Source of the DNA: Octopus bimaculoides
Taxonomy: Eukaryota
Length of the DNA: 44,330 nt
Direction of reading: 5' to 3'
Assembly (NCBI RefSeq): GCF_001194135.2
Contig: NC_068981.1
Coordinates: 67,945,045 to 67,989,374 of the forward strand
The translations under genes were made by a program, and so were the position numbers. Shown here piece by piece: positions 39,091 to 44,330 of this stretch. Numbering within the stretch: the first letter of the stretch is position 1; each line of letters starts with the position of its first letter. The notes below the pieces were generated by a model that was not told the DNA's origin, ran no database searches, and saw only the letters and a list, made by a program, of their open reading frames with translations.

Positions 39091-39592
39091 TAAGCTTGTA
39101 AATCGTCTTTAAATTCTGAGAATACTCTGTTTTGGAACGTGCTCCTTTATAGCCGGCATCTTTTTTCTAGACAGTGGTTTGAAACTTAAACAACTGCATT
39201 GCGGAGACATTATTTTAGTCATATAAAAAAAGACAAAAACTTTCAAAGTATATTTTCAATTATATTTTCATATGTCAAAAATTTTAACGCACAGCTGCCA
39301 CATGATCAAGGATATGATTTTACACTTTCAAAGTTTGTTAACAGCCAGTTGTCATAGGTTGAAGCAGTCCTTTCGCATTTATGACATTGATTAACGTGAG
39401 TGGTCCACTCTAACAGATGACAGCGTCGCTTGGGGCCATACCAACAGTGATGTTATTTCCACCTTTGGGATCTCACGTAGTAGATCTCTTGAAGACTAAC
39501 TTCAGAGGCGAAAACACAATATAGCTGCATCATCAAACCCTGAAAGCAATACCCTTGTCATCACTGCAATCCGATTTGTCGATCATGCATCG

Positions 39593-39665
39593 TTTTTATT
39601 AGCCACGAGCGAGCGTGCAGACGACGTGTACAACAGTCTCCCTAATCTTCGTCAGCGACGCGATG
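39593..39665 (-). mobile_element. Possible extreme 3' tip of an L1/Tx1-like LINE
   Basis: Minus strand ends ...gctcgtggctaataaaaac, similar to the SINE tail at 5651-5668. The family assignment is from recall only. Confidence 0.3.
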
Positions 39666-39749
39666 GAAAGATACACATACACACACACACACACACACAN
39701 NNNNNNNNNNNNNNNNNNNNNNNNNNNNNNNNNNNNNNNNNNNNNNNNN

Positions 39750-39799
<50 letters not shown>

Positions 39800-39967
39800 T
39801 AATAGTTATCGCCAAGCTAACATTGCAGTCCAGAAAAATAGGAGGAATGCTGCCGTTGATTAGCTGCAAGAGACCATCACCTCTAGCTAGCTAGGTGACA
39901 AACGAACCTGTGTCCATTATAGCCTTCGAACAGGGGAGGTCAGCTGTTTCCCCTTACTGGTCTGGCA

Positions 39968-40010
39968 TCTACAGACTAGTTTAAGGGTATTTGCCCTTTA
40001 TCAGTGCAGA
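39968..40010 (-). ncRNA. Hammerhead ribozyme motif, degenerate copy
   Basis: Minus strand TCTGCA-CTGATAA-AGGG-CAAATA-CCCT-TAAAC-TA-GTC-TGTAGA. Stems I and II are intact, but it has a C3/A8 mismatch and G12->U, so it is probably inactive. Confidence 0.7.
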
Positions 40011-40264
40011 GCAGCAGGACCGGGCAGTTGTCACTACTGACCGTGTGTTCGATGGATTATTCAGTGGAATACATCCACTGGTTTTCAAAAATAGAAATAT
40101 TAATATTCCTAAGTCTTTCTAAAGGTGACTGCGGCAGCGGTACTGGATATTAATAGTTATCGCCATGTTAACATGGCAGTCCAGAAATGGATGTATTCCA
40201 CTGAATTTAGGTAAATAATCCTACGAACAGACGGTCAGTGGCGACACATGCTCGGTTCGGCTTC

Positions 40265-40307
40265 TCTATATTGATAAAGGGAAAATACCCTGAAACTAGT
40301 CTGTAGA
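40265..40307 (+). ncRNA. Minimal type-I hammerhead ribozyme (U3-A8 core variant)
   Basis: TCTATA (stem I 5') - TTGATAA (core 3-9) - AGGG/AAAATA/CCCT (stem II) - GAAAC-TA-GTC (palindromic ACTAGT stem III, GUC triplet) - TGTAGA (stem I 3', 6 bp including one G-U). Predicted cleavage after 40301. Confidence 0.8.
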
Positions 40308-41113
40308 TGCCAGAAAAGCAAGGGGAAACAGCGAGTGTCACATAGCTAGCTAGAGGCGATGGCCTCTTGGAGCAGATCAACGGCAGCATTCGTCCTTTTT
40401 TTTTACTGTTATGTTAGTTTGGCGATAACTATTAATATCTAGTACCGCTGCCGTAGTCTCCTTTAGAGAGACTTAAAAATATTAATATTTATATATATAT
40501 TCTAACACACAGACACACATTTGCAATATATATGCAGGCATCCAAACATATACTCGTGTATGCACATAGATGTATGTGTATATATACAGGTGTGTTAACA
40601 CAAATGCATGCAAGTGAGGGATAATAAACAATTTTCTCTGTGTGCTGCATCCACATTATTCAAATCCGGACGCAAATTTGAAATTAAATTCGATTTATTG
40701 GATGCATACCCATTTTTGAAGCTATCTACTTCTTGTTGGGTGAAATGAACATTTTTTGTTACACATCAAATGTTATCGGAATGCTTGATGTGTACATCAA
40801 CCGGTATTTCCAACCGAAATTTCAGGAAAGTTAGTGTATGTTTCTTCGATACTCATTTGTGATATCTCCTTTTGCATTGTAGTCAATATGTCGTAGAGAG
40901 ACACACTTCCACTATCATATTCATATGAGTTATTCTAAAAAGGGTAAGACTTACACACCAGTACGTTAAATAATTTACCTGATTCTTTTCTATGACATTA
41001 ACATTGAAGTCAGTCATAAAGTATGTGCCTGAACTTACCAGGTAATACGCCAGTTGTTGTCAAATATACACACCCCACAGTGTACATATATATATATATG
41101 TACATATATATAT

Positions 41114-41747
41114 NNNNNNNNNNNNNNNNNNNNNNNNNNNNNNNNNNNNNNNNNNNNNNNNNNNNNNNNNNNNNNNNNNNNNNNNNNNNNNNNNNNNNNN
41201 NNNNNNNNNNNNNNNNNNNNNNNNNNNNNNNNNNNNNNNNNNNNNNNNNNNNNNNNNNNNNNNNNNNNNNNNNNNNNNNNNNNNNNNNNNNNNNNNNNNN
41301 NNNNNNNNNNNNNNNNNNNNNNNNNNNNNNNNNNNNNNNNNNNNNNNNNNNNNNNNNNNNNNNNNNNNNNNNNNNNNNNNNNNNNNNNNNNNNNNNNNNN
41401 NNNNNNNNNNNNNNNNNNNNNNNNNNNNNNNNNNNNNNNNNNNNNNNNNNNNNNNNNNNNNNNNNNNNNNNNNNNNNNNNNNNNNNNNNNNNNNNNNNNN
41501 NNNNNNNNNNNNNNNNNNNNNNNNNNNNNNNNNNNNNNNNNNNNNNNNNNNNNNNNNNNNNNNNNNNNNNNNNNNNNNNNNNNNNNNNNNNNNNNNNNNN
41601 NNNNNNNNNNNNNNNNNNNNNNNNNNNNNNNNNNNNNNNNNNNNNNNNNNNNNNNNNNNNNNNNNNNNNNNNNNNNNNNNNNNNNNNNNNNNNNNNNNNN
41701 NNNNNNNNNNNNNNNNNNNNNNNNNNNNNNNNNNNNNNNNNNNNNNN
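41114..41747. other. Assembly gap (largest of eight)
   Basis: N run flanked by (TA)n and (TG)n. The other gaps are listed in the summary. Confidence 1.
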
Positions 41748-41788
<41 letters not shown>

Positions 41789-41822
41789 ATGCTTATGTGA
41801 CGGTGTGTGTGTGTGTATGTGT

Positions 41823-41859
<37 letters not shown>

Positions 41860-42347
41860 TACAGCTTTTTGTATATAAATTGCACTTATACATTTCTTTA
41901 TGATTGAAACAGCGGCTGAAAATTGAACGGTCCTTCTGAAAAAATGTTTGGGACTCACTACTGATCGATATTAGCAGTGCGTATTTGTTTTGGAAGTGTT
42001 CTTGGAAGGTGGGGCTCGCAGCAGCAAAGCAGCTATGGACATGTCATTTGTACCCTATTGTATCTTTCTTCAGATTTGTTAAGCAGTTTATAACATATTA
42101 AGCACCCTGATTCAAAATGTTACAAAATTGTGCAATAAAAGCCTTTTTGGATGTTCTATTGCTACACAGGAAATGCTTAGAATATTTATAGTCGCTAACA
42201 ATAAGAGTATGTTATTTAACGGCGCCACGAAAATGAGCTTTCGAATACATAGTAATTTCAGAAACAGATGAAATATATAGTGAAGTGTTTACTAATACGT
42301 TCCGCTACATGAGTGCAGCTTCATCAAAAGACAAAACCTATTTGTAA

Positions 42348-42419
42348 TACATACATACATACATACATACATACATACATACATACATACATACATACAT
42401 ACACAATACATACATACAT
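42348..42419. repeat. (TACA)n tetranucleotide repeat
   Basis: Read directly. Confidence 0.97.
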
Positions 42420-44053
42420 CTGTGTGTATATAAAATCTCTTTTAGCTACATCCAGTGATTTTGCTTCTTTTATCTATTTCTTAAGAACTTTTAAGACGGT
42501 CTTTCTTGTCAGGCTTAACTTATGATCAAAGTGAAATAATAAACTATTATTTCATTGATTTTTCATCCATATATTCTCACTAAGGAGTACGTGATCAAGC
42601 AAAATGAGAGTTTAAATTTGCTTAGTAAACAGATGCTGACTTGCCGGACGATGTATTGATTATTCGTCTCACACCATTACCCATTACTTCTCTCTTTTAT
42701 ATTGGTAGATGCCAACTATATAAAACTCTTAAACTATCAAAAGTGAATAGCTACTATTGATTGAATAAGGGCTTTCATTTATATATATATATATATATAT
42801 ATACAGACACATAGACACGCGCGCGCACACACAGACACACACACTCTCTCACACATATATATGTAGAAATACATAGAAAAGGAATGCTTTAATAACCACA
42901 GCGTACAGACCTTAAACTAAAACGGCTTACAAGTTGGGATTTATTTCTATGGTTTCATTGATCTCCTGTAACTCTTTAATTGTTTAAATTACAGTGCCTT
43001 AAAATAATTACACCGCAAACAATTTTTATATTTTAACACTGTTACAATTTAAGATGATAAATAACTGTGAAACTAATATATTTTAATCTTTTAATAAAAA
43101 GGAAATGTTGTCATGTACCAAAGCAATGAATGATATGTGTATGATTTCTTGACTGCAGGTTTCATTTATAAAGCGAAGTTTTTCATAACGTATATACTAT
43201 GTTTGTTCATGTCTAAGTGTGAATATTTGAATATTTGTGTTTTTCCAATACATACTAGTAAACATATTGAAATTTTCAAACATATACATTTTATGAGAAC
43301 AGAATCACAAGATATGCACTGTTTAGACAATATAGGAATAATAACAGCCAGCTATTTGTATTTTCCTAGCATAAAATATTAAATGGATTACTTTAACTGA
43401 CTTGTTTCTTTTTGGAAATGAATGCCGCTACAGTTTCATGAAATACTGTTTTATCGCCCACAGCCTACATATATGAAATCTACATTCATGTACAAAACTA
43501 ATCAATAGAAGAACAATACAAAATGTTAGTAGATATATTGATATTAGTAATACAGAAAATTACATCTGTCCTTGTTAGAGATAAAACAATATATGATAAG
43601 TTAAAAATATCACAGTAAACTCAATATTTATTTTACTTCTCCGAATACCTTATTCGGATCGGAACATTTGATTTGATGAAAGCCATATAAATTTTACTGA
43701 CAGACCTAGTAACGTGTAGTGGGATGTATATATAAAACAAAGGTTAAATATGACGCTAAATAATTTAACAGATATTTAAAAAATACTAGCTATATTTATC
43801 AACGTTTTACTTTTACTTAGCTAAAATAAATTGTGGCAATAGGCATACACTCAAAATTATTCCAGCTGTAATGATAGCGGTAGTACATTTAGTACAGTCC
43901 GTGTATATTTTACATTCCTGATAGATTATGGACACTGGACTTATTTGTCTTTGATTAATATTGTCAAATTTCCATAGCTTATATCTTTCTCATGTATTTC
44001 AACATGCAGAAAAGTACTTATAGAACCTCTCCCTATTTCTTATACACACACAC

Positions 44054-44116
<63 letters not shown>
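44054..44116. repeat. (ATCT)n tetranucleotide repeat
   Basis: Read directly. Confidence 0.97.
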
Positions 44117-44330
44117 ACCTGAAGAGGAAGGTGAGAGTAGAAAGGGAAGTCTTGTCTAGTGAATGCTTCAAAAAAAGATGGGTGAATGTAGCAAGGATGG
44201 CACGTGTGAACGACGGAGCCATCTTGAGCATAACCATATGAACAAGAAAAAAAATAAAACAAAAAGGCAAAAGAGAGACACTTACTGTTATAGTTTCTTC
44301 AATGAGAATATTGACCAAGGTTACCGTGGT
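44116..44330 (+). mobile_element. 3' end of an L1/Tx1-like LINE (ORF2 C-terminus plus 3' UTR), 5'-truncated, runs off the window
   Basis: HLKRKVRVEREVLSSECFKKRWVNVARMARVNDGAILSITI* (44116-44241) fits the LxxRLRxE...FxxRW C-terminal pattern of Tx1/L1 ORF2. Confidence 0.7.

Larger units (their letters stand above)
39796..40490. mobile_element. Foldback/partial-tandem element of a ~350-nt ribozyme-bearing unit (Penelope-like pseudo-LTR or retrozyme-like)
   Basis: 39796-40077 is the inverted homologue of 40188-40438, and 40095-40164 is the inverted homologue of 40421-40490. tattaatagttatcgcc repeats directly at 39797 and 40148 (period 351). (TA)n lies on both sides. Confidence 0.85.

Noticed and set aside
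40148-40187. Pistol or twister ribozyme in the TTAATAG...hairpin segment
   Set aside because: Only superficial similarity; the conserved pseudoknot and loop nucleotides of those classes are absent.

Overview
AT-rich, microsatellite-dense eukaryotic DNA. It is most likely from an octopus or other cephalopod draft assembly; this is inferred from recalled similarity of the tRNA-derived SINE families, not from a search. There are eight N-gaps (2923-2960, 6999-7090, 15196-15404, 22555-22586, 26180-26499, 31901-32066, 39700-39749, 41114-41747), all next to microsatellites. I can support no intact host gene: the window reads as intron or intergenic DNA filled with dead mobile elements. These are about a dozen tRNA-derived SINE copies in three head types, a decayed RTE-type LINE (~11.3-13.5 kb), an internally deleted R4/Dong-like RLE retrotransposon (~28.7-29.9 kb), a mariner DD34D transposase pseudogene (32287-33287), an ORF1-only L1/Tx1-like piece (~35.7-37.2 kb) and an L1/Tx1 3' end at the window edge. 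The most interesting signal is at 39796-40490: a non-coding ~350-nt unit arranged as a partial tandem plus an inverted copy, inside (TA)n. Each arm carries a minimal type-I hammerhead ribozyme motif with a palindromic ACUAGU stem III. The plus-strand copy (40265-40307) has a complete core with a compensatory U3-A8 pair replacing C3-G8. This looks like a Penelope-like pseudo-LTR or retrozyme family. All alignments were done by eye, so TE boundaries are approximate.
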